Below, piece by piece: positions 46,137-57,097 of a stretch of 64,000 nucleotides of DNA. A model generated the notes under the pieces. It did no database searches. It had not been told where the DNA came from and saw nothing but the letters and a program-made list of their open reading frames with translations. Source of the stretch: an uncultured delta proteobacterium (lineage in GTDB: Bacteria; Myxococcota; UBA727; VGSZ01); the NCBI GenBank assembly GCA_963775425.1, contig CAVZJB010000002.1:32001-96000 (forward strand), in the 5' to 3' direction. A program made the position numbers and the translations under genes. The first letter of the stretch is position 1, and each line of letters begins with the position of its first letter.

Positions 46137-47414
46137 ATGGTCGGCACCGTCCGCCGCGGCCACAACGTGGGGAGCGTCGGCGCCGTCGATGACGGCGCCG
46201 TTCGCGTCGGCGCAGGCAGCTCCGCCGGCAGCCGCGCCGCCCTCGCGGGCCTTCACGCCACGCGCCCGAACCGGCGTCGCCTCCGCCGCGCGGTGACGGC
46301 GGCGCTGTTCGGGCTCTCCCTCCTCGGCGGCCAGCCGGTGCAGGCGCACCCGAACGACCAGCGCCCGCTCCAGACACAGCACAACGAGCTGGTGCTGCCG
46401 CCCGCGCCCCCGCCCCGGTGGCTGATGCCCGAGCTGGTGCCGGTGTGGCACGAGGTGCAGGCGGGTCAGACGCAGGTGTCGGTGCGGGCCAAGCCGCCGG
46501 CTCACGAGGTCGATCCGGGCAAGCCGCACCAGGGCTTGCCGGACACGCTGGCGACGCTGTCGGGCGGCACCACCGTCGTGCACGGCACGGATCCGGGCGA
46601 CTTCTACTGCGAGCACGCGTTCTTCACGACGACGGAGGTGGCGCGCGCCCCGGGATCCACGGTGCTGCGCGACGCCCAGGGCGAGGTGCTCACCGGCTTC
46701 CTCCACAGCCCGGGCGACGCGTACACATACGACGCCTCGCAGATCCCGGTGCAGGCCGAGCGCCATCGGGAGCGCGCCGAGGTGGTGGGCGCCGCCATCC
46801 GCGGCTTCTTCGAGAGCGCCCGCGACCAGATCGGCGACAAGCCGTTCAAGATGCTGCTCACGGGCTACGGCGCGTGGGGCGGCACGGTGAACAACCCCAC
46901 CGGCGACTTCGTGCTGCACACCGAAAACGTCGACGCCGCCATGAAGGCCGCGTTCGGATCCGCGCTGACGACGCCGCAGGGCACGGTCGTCGACGGACCG
47001 CGCTCGTCGGGCGGGGGCGAGAGCACGGTGTTGCGTTACCGGATCCTGGATCCGCAAACGGGGGCGCCGCGCACGGTGACCATCGACGCCGCGCTGCTGC
47101 CGGTGAGCGACGCGGCCATCAACGGCAGCCCGGTGTCGTTACAAGCGCTGATGGACAAGCTCGGGCCGCACGCGGTGCTGTCGATGGGCGTGTCGGGCGG
47201 ATCCGGCTCGTTCGTCGCCGAGTTCCACGCCGACGACGGCGGCCTCGCCGTGGTGGACGGGAAGCCCGCCCACGACGACGCCAAAGACCCCGATCGGAGC
47301 CAGCCCGACAACTACGCGCTCGCCCGCGCCATCCTCGCCGGCCGCCTCGCGGTGTCGGGGGGCGACCCTACGGACCCGCGCGTGACGTCGATTGGCAGCG
47401 GAGGAGGACCGTGA
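46137..47414 (+). CDS. Secreted pyroglutamyl-peptidase I-like (peptidase C15) protein, circularly permuted
   Basis: DPGDFYCEHAFF and GFLHSP come before MLLTGYGAWGG..NNPT, LPV and PHAVLSMGV......E. Confidence 0.78.
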   Translation: MVGTVRRGHNVGSVGAVDDGAVRVGAGSSAGSRAALAGLHATRPNRRRLRRAVTAALFGLSLLGGQPVQAHPNDQRPLQTQHNELVLPPAPPPRWLMPELVPVWHEVQAGQTQVSVRAKPPAHEVDPGKPHQGLPDTLATLSGGTTVVHGTDPGDFYCEHAFFTTTEVARAPGSTVLRDAQGEVLTGFLHSPGDAYTYDASQIPVQAERHRERAEVVGAAIRGFFESARDQIGDKPFKMLLTGYGAWGGTVNNPTGDFVLHTENVDAAMKAAFGSALTTPQGTVVDGPRSSGGGESTVLRYRILDPQTGAPRTVTIDAALLPVSDAAINGSPVSLQALMDKLGPHAVLSMGVSGGSGSFVAEFHADDGGLAVVDGKPAHDDAKDPDRSQPDNYALARAILAGRLAVSGGDPTDPRVTSIGSGGGP

Positions 47415-47846
47415 GCGAGTTGCCGACCAAGGCGGCGCTGGCCGCCGGCAAGGACATGGCCAAGCGGGCCCTCGAGGATTCTGACGCTCTCCGACGAGGA
47501 CAAGGAGAAGCGCTCCGAGGAGCGCGCGGCCAAGCGCAAAAAGACGCTGGTCAAGTACGGCCTCATCGGCGTCGGCGGCGTCGTGTTGTTGCTGTCGTTG
47601 ATGAGCGTGCTCGCCAAGCTCTGGGTGTACGCGCTCGGGCTGCTCGTCGTCGCCGGCATCGGCGGCGCCGGCTACTTCTACGCCAAGCCCAAGCTGCGCG
47701 CGCTGAAGGAGAGGGCCACCGCGCGCCTGACCGAGGCGCGCGAGGCGGAAGAGGCGGCGGAGCGCGACAAGGCCGTCGTCGACGCCGCCGCGGCCAAGCA
47801 GAAGAAGCTCGAGGACGAGCTGGCGGCGCTCAAGAAGAAGGCCTGA
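47411..47846 (+). pseudogene. Membrane coiled-coil protein with a +1 frameshift near 47480 (or sequencing error)
   Basis: GTG start overlaps the upstream stop; removing one T from GAG GAT T CTG ACG gives EDLTLSDEDKEK in frame with ORF 47583-47846. Confidence 0.6.
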
Positions 47847-47847
47847 C

Positions 47848-48201
47848 GTGCGGGTGCATCACATCGCCGTCCAGGTGCACGACCTCGCGCGCGCGCGCGC
47901 GTTCTACGTCGACCTGCTCGGGCTGCCCGAGCTGCGGCGGCAGGCGCATTCGATCTGGGTGGACGCCGAGGGCACCGTCGTGATGCTCGAGCGCGGCGGC
48001 CCGAGCGAAGAGGGCCGCGCGGCGCGCGCGGGGCTGAAGGCGCTCGCGTTCTCGATGGAGCCCGGCGCGCGCGAGCTGTGGCGGGAGAGGCTCATCGCCC
48101 ACGGCCACCCCGTCGAGGACGAGACGGACTACACGCTCTACACCCGCGACCCCGACGGCACCCGCGTTGCGCTGTCGAGCTACCCCGACAAGTCGCGCTG
48201 A
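47848..48201 (+). CDS. VOC/glyoxalase family protein
   Basis: HHIAVQV.DL.RA..FY..LLG and RDPDG.RV motifs. Confidence 0.88.
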   Translation: MRVHHIAVQVHDLARARAFYVDLLGLPELRRQAHSIWVDAEGTVVMLERGGPSEEGRAARAGLKALAFSMEPGARELWRERLIAHGHPVEDETDYTLYTRDPDGTRVALSSYPDKSR

Positions 48202-48518
48202 AGCGAGACCAGGCGCGTGCGGTATCGCGCCTTCGCTGCGGCGCTCTTCATCCACGCCCTGTACGGGTCCAGCCGTGGATCAGGCTTCTGGTGCTTGCGG
48301 CGATCGCCGGCCCCGCGCGGCCGAGGCGGTTGAAGTGGTTTCGCGTCGGCGAGCACCATGGAAGGCGCGCGGCCGAGCAGACGAGCTGAGATTCTCGGCG
48401 GGGCGACGTGCTCGCTGACGATGACGTCGTGCCCCGCCGCGAATGTCTACGCCGCGCGCCTTCGGCGCCTCTCTCGCATCGCGGCGACGGTCGCCGCCGT
48501 CGTCGCGGCGTGACGACA

Positions 48519-49888
<1,370 letters not shown>

Positions 49889-49892
<4 letters not shown>

Positions 49893-51322
49893 CCGACCTC
49901 CTTTGGGTCTTGTCTCAGTCGCAAGACGAAGCGCGCGCCGCCGCGGGCCCCCGCGGCCTCGACCGCCTCGACGGGCTCGACGTACTCGAGATCGCCGCCG
50001 TTGTCGCGCATGAGCCGCCGCGACCCGGCGAGGCCGAGGCCGGTGCCGCGCTGCTTGTTCGTCGCGAACGGCACGAAGAGCTGCGCGCGCATGGCGGCGG
50101 CGACGCCGGGGCCGTCGTCGACGACGTGGACCTCGACGCCCACCGCGCCCGCCGCGCGCACCGAGAGCGTCACCGTGCGCGCGCCCGCCTGCGCCGCGTT
50201 CTGCACGAGGTTCAAGAGCACCTGCTGCAGGTGCCCCTCGTCGACGCGAGCCCGCGCCGCGTCCCCCTCGACGACGACGCGGCCGCCGGTGAGTGGCCCC
50301 CCCGGGAGCGCCGCGCGCGCCGCCGCCTGCTCGCACGCGGCCTTGAGGTCGACGTCTTTCGTCTCGGGCGCGCGCGGGCGCGCGTAGGACAGGAGCGCTT
50401 CGAGCGTGCGCGAGAGCCTCCGCACCTCCTCCTCGACGATGGCCGCCGCCTGCTGCCGCGCGGCCAGGGGCTTGTCCGCGTTGCCCACGATCTCCGCCGC
50501 GCCGAGCACGATGCCGAGCGGGTTCTTCAGCTCGTGCGCGATGACCGCGGTGGCGCGGCCGATGGCCGCGAGCGACTCCTTCTCCGCGAGCGCGGTGGCG
50601 GCGTCGTCGAGGGCGCGGGTCATGGCGTTGAAGTCGGCGGCGAGGCGCGCGAGCTCGTCGTTGCCGCGCACGTCGACGGTGACGTCGCGGTCGCCGCCGC
50701 GCACCTTGGCCGCGGCGTCGGCCACCGTGCGCACGCGACGCACCACCGAGGTCATCAAGAGCCCCGCGCCGAGGAGCCCGAGCAGGCCGAGCCCGAGCGC
50801 GGCGAGCACGATCTCGCGCCGGGTCCTGCGCTGGATCTCCTCGGTGGCGGTCGACGAAAACAGCGCGCGCACGGCGCCGATGGTGCGCGCCTCCGCGGGC
50901 GCGGCCACGCCGAACGCGGCGAGCTCGCCGTCGTCGCCGGGGGGCGCGGGGCGCGTGGTGACGGGCGCGCGCACCTCTACGCCGCCGGCCGCGCGCGCCG
51001 CGCCGGCGGGGCCCGCCCGCGTGGCGAGGACCTTGTCGTCGACGATGACGTCGACACGCACCAGGTCCGGGTTCTTGGCGAACGCGTCGAGCGCGGGGGC
51101 GGCGAGCGCGTCGCTGCGCGCGAGGACGCCGTAGCTGACGGCGTCGGCGAGCTGGGCGGCGGCGGCCCGAAAGCGCGCGCGCTCGACGTCGTGGAGCGCG
51201 CTGTCCGAGCGCTTGACGACGACGACGGCGAGGAGCGTGAGCGCGAGCACGAGCACGAGCACGGCGAGCGAGGCGCGCCCGCGCAGGCCGAGGCCGACCC
51301 GTTCGTTCGGCGCGCGGGTCAT
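49889..51322 (-). CDS. HAMP-domain sensor histidine kinase
   Basis: 2 TM; DELARLA.DFNAM, AHELKNPL, NLVQNA, DDGPG and GTGLGL. Confidence 0.92.
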
Positions 51323-52280
51323 CGGCGCACCTCCACGCCGGGGCCGCTGCGGACGGCGATGCCGAGGCGCTCCGCGAGGCGGCCGTCGACGACGAGGTGG
51401 CCGCTGGCGGGCGCCACCACCGCGGCCTGCCGTGCGCCGCCGTCGCCCCGCGCGCCGGCGGAGACGGCGAGCGCCAGCGCCTGGCGCGCCATGGCGGCTG
51501 CGTCGACGTCGACGGCGGCGATGGCGCCGACCTTGAGGAAGTACGTGGAGAAGCCGGCGACGGGGGCGCGGGCGGCGAGCGCGTCCTGCACGAGGGGGGC
51601 GACGGTGTCGGGCGTGACGGCGACGGGGTCGGGCACGAGCAGGATGATCGCCGGGCCGCGCTTCTTCAGGGCGGCGTCGACGGCGGGGACGCACTCGCCG
51701 GCGCTGTCGACGTCGACGAGCTCGAGCGTGAGGCCGGCGGCGCGGGCGGCGGCGGCGAGGCCGACGTCGTCGTCGCGGCGGCCGCGCGGCACGATGACGC
51801 GCGTGCGCCCGGGGAACGCGGTGCGCAGCCACGTCATCTGCGAGGCGAACGGCGCGTCGAGGGTGACGGTGGGGACGCCGGCGGGCGCGTCGCGCGCCTT
51901 CACGAGGAACGCCGCGCGCGTCGGGCGCTTGAAGGCGGCGAGCGCGCGCGCGCTGCGGGGGCCGGCGGCGAGGACGACGGCGCCGCTGCCGCCGTCGACG
52001 CTGCCGCCGTCGACGCTGCCGCCGTCGACGCTGCCGTCGATGACGCGAGACCGGACGCCGGCAGCACGCGCACGTCGACGGCGCGGCCGTCGTGCGCGAG
52101 GCCGGCGAGGGCGTCGTCGAGGAGCTTGCTCCGCGCGTCGGCGACGACGAGGACGTGCTCCCCGGCCGCGCGCGCGGGCGCCGCCGTCGACGCGACGGCG
52201 CACAACAGCGCCGCGACCCACGCTCCACGGGGGCCGCGGACGATCCGCCGCGCCGCGCTGGGGGATGGGGGGCGCGTCAG
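51319..52280 (-). CDS. Periplasmic substrate-binding-like protein (ABC_sub_bind type), apparent frameshift near 52045
   Basis: Signal peptide in one frame; VVLAAG..SA, LLVPDP and FS..FLKVGAIAAV in the next frame; start unclear (CTG overlapping the upstream stop). Confidence 0.6.
51985..52040. repeat. 15-bp tandem repeat (GCTGCCGCCGTCGAC)x3 plus a partial copy, encoding VDGGS
   Basis: Read directly from the sequence. Confidence 0.85.
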
Positions 52281-54313
52281 AGGTGCGCCTCCACGGCGAG
52301 GGTCACCACGCGGCCCGGCGACGGCAGCAGCAGCGGGTCCGCCTGCGGAGGCGCGAAGCGATCGACGGACGGCTCGTCCCCGTCGAGGACGTTGCGCACG
52401 GAAGCGGTGAGCCCGAGCGTGTCGCCGAAGGGAAACAACGCGCACCACGCGTCCACCAGCGCGCTCTGCCCGGCCGAGCGCAGCACCGCCCGCCCGCGCA
52501 CGCCGGCGCTCACGCCCGAAAACGGCGAGACGCGAACGCCCGCCACCGCCTGCGCCAGGTCCTCGTCGACGGACGGGCCAAAGACGGTGCGCGCGCCGGC
52601 CAACGCTCCCTCGAGCGACAACGCGTCGCCGAACGGCTGCACCGCGCCGGTGAGCTCGCCGCCCACGACAATCCGCGCCGCCAGGTTCTTCGGCACGAGC
52701 AGCCCGCCCTTCACCACGTCCGCCAGCGCGTCCTCGTGGCGCAACCCGTACGCGCGCGCATCGAGCCGAAGCCGCGGCGACGGCGACCACGACGACGACA
52801 GCTCCAGCGTGCGCACGTGCTCGGGGCGCAGGTCGTCGGCGGGCCCCGCGCCCGCGACGCGCCCGTCGACGACGGTCTGCGCCAGCGCCGTCACGTCGTA
52901 GAGGTCCGGCGCCCGCGTCCCCTCCGCGTACGACGCGCGCAGCGCGACGTCGCCGGGCGTCCACGACAGCGCCGCGCGCGGCGACAACGACAGCGGGAAC
53001 GCGGTGCGCAGCTCCGCCGCCACGCCGGCCGTCGCGTGCAGCCCGAGGCCGAAGTCGCCCTGCCACTCGAGGGCGGCGGCCGCGGTGCCCGTGGTGTCGT
53101 CGAGGCTGACGGTGTCGGGCAGCACGCTGCCGTTGCGCGGATCGCGCGAGTCGCTGTGGGCCGTGAGCCCCGTGCCGTCGCCGAAGGCCGCGGCCACCAG
53201 GCGGTGGTCGCGCGACAGCGGCACGTCGACGCGCACGAGCGCCCCCGCCGTGTCGGTGCGCTCGTCGACGTTCAGCGCGCCGCCGTCCTCGAAGATGCCG
53301 CGCGTGGGGTACAGCGGGCCGTCGTCGCTGCGCTCCTCGTGCGCCACCCAACCCGCCGCCTCGAGGTGCACCGGGCCGAGCCAGCGCTGCCAGAGGAGCC
53401 GCGCGCGCTCGACGTCGCGGGTGGCGGTCTGCGGGTCGTCGGCGACGAGGCCGTGGCTGAAGGCGCTCACCGGTTGCCGCGAGACGCCGTGGGCCACCGA
53501 GGCGTCGGCGACGAAGTCGCTCCACTGGCCCACCGCGCGCACCGTCTCGCTGTCCTCGTCGACGCTGACGTCGAGGTTCTCCTTGGTCACCGGCAAGGTG
53601 GCGCCGCCCACGGTCTGGTAGCGCACCGGCACCCCGCGCAGCCGCCACAGCTCGGGCGCGCCGCGCCTCACGCTGCCGCTCACGCGTACGCCGGCGCCGC
53701 CGACGCGCGCCGTCGCCGCCCCGGACACGTCCTGCTCGCCGAACAGCGGCAGGCCGCTCGCGAGCCACGAGCCCGCGGCGCGCGCAGAGCCGCCGGTGAG
53801 CCCGGGCTTCACCGTGATGATGCGCACCACGCCGACGAGCGCGCCCGCGCCGTGCAGCGCCGTCACCGGGCCGCGCACGATCTCGACGCGGTCGACGTCC
53901 ACGAGGCTCACCAGGTCGTCGACGTCGAGGACGTCGCGCTGCCCGTCCACCACCTGCGGCACGTCGTCGACGACGAGGAGCACGCCCGCGGGCACGCCCC
54001 GCAGCGCGTAGCGATAGCCGCGCGACGTGCGCTCACGGGAAAAGCCCGCCACCTGCGCGAGCGCCTCGCCGAGCGTGCGGTAGCCCTGGCGCACGAGGTC
54101 CTGGCCGAGGAGCACCTGCGTGTCCCGCGGTGAGAGGTCGGTGAGGACGGGGACGGCCGCGACCTCCCCATCTGCGGAGGGCCCATCTGCGAAGGAGCCG
54201 TCGGCGAAAGGCCCGTCGGCGAAGGACCCGGCGGCGAAAGGGTCGTCGTCCTGCGCGCGCGCCGTCGTCGCGGTGATCGCACAGAGCACGAGGGCGAGGG
54301 CAACGGTGCGCAT
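52277..54313 (-). CDS. TonB-dependent receptor
   Basis: Signal peptide; plug motifs TLGEALAQVAG and VDRVEIVRGP.TALHG.GAL.GVV.IIT; L.PE; NVLD...PGR near the C-terminus. Confidence 0.9.
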   Translation of the reverse strand: MRTVALALVLCAITATTARAQDDDPFAAGSFADGPFADGSFADGPSADGEVAAVPVLTDLSPRDTQVLLGQDLVRQGYRTLGEALAQVAGFSRERTSRGYRYALRGVPAGVLLVVDDVPQVVDGQRDVLDVDDLVSLVDVDRVEIVRGPVTALHGAGALVGVVRIITVKPGLTGGSARAAGSWLASGLPLFGEQDVSGAATARVGGAGVRVSGSVRRGAPELWRLRGVPVRYQTVGGATLPVTKENLDVSVDEDSETVRAVGQWSDFVADASVAHGVSRQPVSAFSHGLVADDPQTATRDVERARLLWQRWLGPVHLEAAGWVAHEERSDDGPLYPTRGIFEDGGALNVDERTDTAGALVRVDVPLSRDHRLVAAAFGDGTGLTAHSDSRDPRNGSVLPDTVSLDDTTGTAAAALEWQGDFGLGLHATAGVAAELRTAFPLSLSPRAALSWTPGDVALRASYAEGTRAPDLYDVTALAQTVVDGRVAGAGPADDLRPEHVRTLELSSSWSPSPRLRLDARAYGLRHEDALADVVKGGLLVPKNLAARIVVGGELTGAVQPFGDALSLEGALAGARTVFGPSVDEDLAQAVAGVRVSPFSGVSAGVRGRAVLRSAGQSALVDAWCALFPFGDTLGLTASVRNVLDGDEPSVDRFAPPQADPLLLPSPGRVVTLAVEAHL

Positions 54314-54326
54314 GCGCGCGCACGCG

Positions 54327-54342
54327 TGCAACCTCCACGCCG
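54327..54342 (-). promoter_or_regulatory. Sigma-54 promoter for the TonB receptor operon
   Basis: CGGCGT-GGAGG-TTGCA (GG-N10-GC); predicted start site just upstream of ATG 54313. Confidence 0.6.
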
Positions 54343-54405
54343 CCCGACGCCCGGCGCCGGGCCGTCCGTCCGGGGCGCTGCCCGGTGGCGCTGCGCGAAG
54401 GAAGG

Positions 54406-54443
54406 GGTGGAGCAGTTGAGCCAGGTGGCTGACCTCAGCCACC
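54406..54443. promoter_or_regulatory. Putative bEBP upstream activating sequences
   Basis: Perfect palindrome GGTGGCTGA-CC-TCAGCCACC (54424-54443) plus an adjacent TGG-N10-CCA (54408-54423). Confidence 0.55.
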
Positions 54444-54496
54444 GACTCTAGGTGGAAACCACGGCACAGCGCGCGTACGCTCGCGGTTGCGGCCCG

Positions 54497-54511
54497 TGGC
54501 ACATGGGTTGC
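54497..54511 (+). promoter_or_regulatory. Sigma-54 (-24/-12) promoter
   Basis: TGGCAC-ATGGG-TTGC, a consensus match. Confidence 0.85.
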
Positions 54512-54574
54512 GAAGGCGAGGGCATCGCCGGGGCTTCGCCGGCGCAGCGAAACCACCAAGACAGGACGACCGCC

Positions 54575-55675
54575 ATGACCCCGCGCTTCATCCGCCTCGC
54601 TCTCGCCCCCCTCGCCCTGCCGCTCATCGGCGCGTTCGCCGGCTGCAACGGCGCCGTGCCGCGCGTCAGCGGCCACAACCTCGTCATCCCCGATCGCTCG
54701 CCCACGCGCCAGGTGCAGGCGCTGTCGTCGCCGTCCACCGACGACACCGAGTCCGGCTCCGGCAACGACGCCCAAGCCTACTGCCTCGACGGGCAGGCGG
54801 GCCCGTCCACCAACGATCCCGACGGCACCTTCACCTCGGAGTGGGACTGCGCCCCCGGCGGCGGCATCGCCAGCATCTCCAACGCCGGCTTCTCGGACCC
54901 CAACACCGGCGACGGCCACTACGACCAGACCACCGTCTTCGAGGACGGCACCCTCAACGTGTGGCACTTCACCTTCGACACGTCCGACGACTTCCTCTCC
55001 ACCACGTACACCGGCGTCAGCGACGACGGCACCGAGAGCTACGTCGGGACGTACACGTACTCGGCGGACCACCCGAACCAGTCGCAGATGCACGAAGAGT
55101 GGAACCTCCACGAGGGCACCTACGTCACCGACGGCCTCGTCTCCAACGACGGCACCTCCTTCGACGGCACCGAGACCTTCGATGACCCCGCCACCGACGC
55201 GAGCCCCGACTGGAGCCTCGACGAGGTCACCAACCCGGACGGCACCTTCTCGCAGGACGTGCACTTCGCCGGCGACGGCTTCGTCAGCGACTACACCTAC
55301 GCCGTCGACGCCGCCGGCGCCGCCGACTACAGCTTCGCCACGGACCTCACGGACACCGACGCCAACCCCGACTACGACGGCGCGTATCACTACGCCGCGG
55401 ACGGCTCCGGCGAGGGCGGCTACCGCCAGCTCTTCGACGACGGCTCCACCGACGACGTGCACGACGTGATCAACGCCGACGGAAGCGTCGACGAGTCCTG
55501 GAGCTTCGACGACGTGGCCACCGAGCAGAGCGTCGACCAGGAGGGCTCCATGCACTGGAACGTCGACGGCAGCGCCGACGGCACCGTCACCAACCACATC
55601 GTCGACGGCGGCGACCAGACCTGTGAGGTGCACATCGACGCCGACGGGTCGCAGACGGTGGACAACTGCGGCTGA
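54575..55675 (+). CDS. Highly acidic beta-rich lipoprotein
   Basis: Lipobox FAGC; D/T/G-rich; recurring xDG[ST] turns; no Lys. Confidence 0.85.
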   Translation: MTPRFIRLALAPLALPLIGAFAGCNGAVPRVSGHNLVIPDRSPTRQVQALSSPSTDDTESGSGNDAQAYCLDGQAGPSTNDPDGTFTSEWDCAPGGGIASISNAGFSDPNTGDGHYDQTTVFEDGTLNVWHFTFDTSDDFLSTTYTGVSDDGTESYVGTYTYSADHPNQSQMHEEWNLHEGTYVTDGLVSNDGTSFDGTETFDDPATDASPDWSLDEVTNPDGTFSQDVHFAGDGFVSDYTYAVDAAGAADYSFATDLTDTDANPDYDGAYHYAADGSGEGGYRQLFDDGSTDDVHDVINADGSVDESWSFDDVATEQSVDQEGSMHWNVDGSADGTVTNHIVDGGDQTCEVHIDADGSQTVDNCG

Positions 55676-55722
55676 CGACGTGACGCGACGCACGCGGCGT
55701 CGACGGAGACGCCGCGGATCGC

Positions 55723-55753
55723 GGCCGGCCCGGGTGGCCGGCCTCTTTCTTTT
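55723..55753 (+). terminator. Rho-independent terminator
   Basis: GGCCGGCC-CGGGT-GGCCGGCC-TCTTTCTTTT. Confidence 0.8.
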
Positions 55754-55769
55754 CGGGTATCGGCCGGCC

Positions 55770-56672
55770 ATGCGCCCACCTCTCGTCGCCGCCGTCGCCG
55801 TCGTGCTCGCGTTTCCGCTCGTCGGAGCGGGCTGCTTCGGGCGGGCCAACCCCCGCATCCAGAAGATGGTGCGCGAGCAGGGCGGGCAACGAACCACCAC
55901 GCAGTTTCGCTACGACGACAGCGGGCACCCGAGCGAGGTGTCGGTCGACTTCGGCGGCGTCACCGAGACGCTCACGCTCACCTTCGACGGCGGCCAGCTC
56001 GTGAAGCTCGACAACAAGCACCAGGCCGGCGGCGGCGCCACCGTCGACAAGACCAAGCTCGAGTACGACGGCGGCCGCCTGGTGAAGGCCAGCACCGACG
56101 TCGGCAACTCAGACCAGACCGTCACCACCACGGTCGACTACGACGACAGCGGGCGCGTCTCGCAGGTGGAGCGCACCAACGACTTCGGCGACGGCGCGGC
56201 GGTGGACACCACCACGTTCGACTACGGCGACAACGGCCTCGAGAGCTTCACCACCAAGAGCACCTTCTCTACGGCGGGGCAGGGCGGCGCCACCAGCAAG
56301 GTCACCACGGACATCACGTACAAGGACGGGCGCATCGACAAGCTCGACAGCGACAACGGCGAGAGCACGCAGACGGCGCGCGCCTCGTACGTCGACGGCG
56401 TGCTCGACACGGTCGAGGTCGAGGGCCAAAACGGCCGCTCCGCCAAGGCGTCGTACGACTACGAGGGCGGGCGCATCGTCGGCGTCACGCAGTCCGGTGA
56501 CAACGCCGAGGACATCAACTTCGCCATCGACTACGACGACGGCGACGCCGCCGACCTCGACATGGCCCCCAACGACGTCACGCTCGGCGGGCTGTGGGAC
56601 CTGCGCGGCGCCGCGTTCAACGGCTTCGACGCGCATTCGCAGGCCGCGCGCCTCGCGGGCGTGAGCTGGTGA
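55770..56672 (+). CDS. Lipoprotein with YD-like beta-hairpin repeats
   Basis: Lipobox GAGC; repeated YDDSG / YDGGRL / YKDGRI / YEGGRI. Confidence 0.82.
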   Translation: MRPPLVAAVAVVLAFPLVGAGCFGRANPRIQKMVREQGGQRTTTQFRYDDSGHPSEVSVDFGGVTETLTLTFDGGQLVKLDNKHQAGGGATVDKTKLEYDGGRLVKASTDVGNSDQTVTTTVDYDDSGRVSQVERTNDFGDGAAVDTTTFDYGDNGLESFTTKSTFSTAGQGGATSKVTTDITYKDGRIDKLDSDNGESTQTARASYVDGVLDTVEVEGQNGRSAKASYDYEGGRIVGVTQSGDNAEDINFAIDYDDGDAADLDMAPNDVTLGGLWDLRGAAFNGFDAHSQAARLAGVSW

Positions 56673-57097
56673 AGCAGAGCGCCGGGCTCCTCCTGTGGCG
56701 CCGCGGCGACGGCGGCGGCCTCGAGGTGTTGCTCGTGCATCCGTCGGGCGCATACAACCGCAAGGCCCCTTGGAGCATCCCCAAGGGCGAGCCCAACCCG
56801 GGCGAGGAGCTCGAGCCGTGCGCGCGGCGCGAGGTCGCCGAGGAGACCGGCGTCGTCGTCACCGCGGCGGTCTCGCCGCTCGGGCACATCGACTACAAGA
56901 AGTCGCGCAAGCGCGTCTTCGCGTTTGCGGCGCCGCTGCCGCCCGAGCAGCTCCCGCGCTGCGCGCAGTGGGAGATCGACAAGGCCGAGGTCCTCTCCGC
57001 GGCGGAGGCGCTGCGGCTCATCCACCCAGACCAGGCTCCGTTCGTCGAGCGGCTCGAAGCGCTCCTCGCCGGCGGCGCATCCGGAGGCACGACATGA
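56669..57097 (+). CDS. NUDIX hydrolase
   Basis: SAGLLL..VLLVHP and WSIPKGE....E....CARREVAEETG Nudix box. Confidence 0.92.
   Translation: MKQSAGLLLWRRGDGGGLEVLLVHPSGAYNRKAPWSIPKGEPNPGEELEPCARREVAEETGVVVTAAVSPLGHIDYKKSRKRVFAFAAPLPPEQLPRCAQWEIDKAEVLSAAEALRLIHPDQAPFVERLEALLAGGASGGTT

Noticed and set aside
48202-48518. Possible toxin-antitoxin gene fragment or small ORFs in the intergenic gap
   Set aside because: Only a vague resemblance; no RBS, consistent codon bias or motif.
55770-56672. Rhs toxin
   Set aside because: Only about 300 aa, has a lipobox, and lacks the DPxG core end, a toxin tip and an immunity gene.
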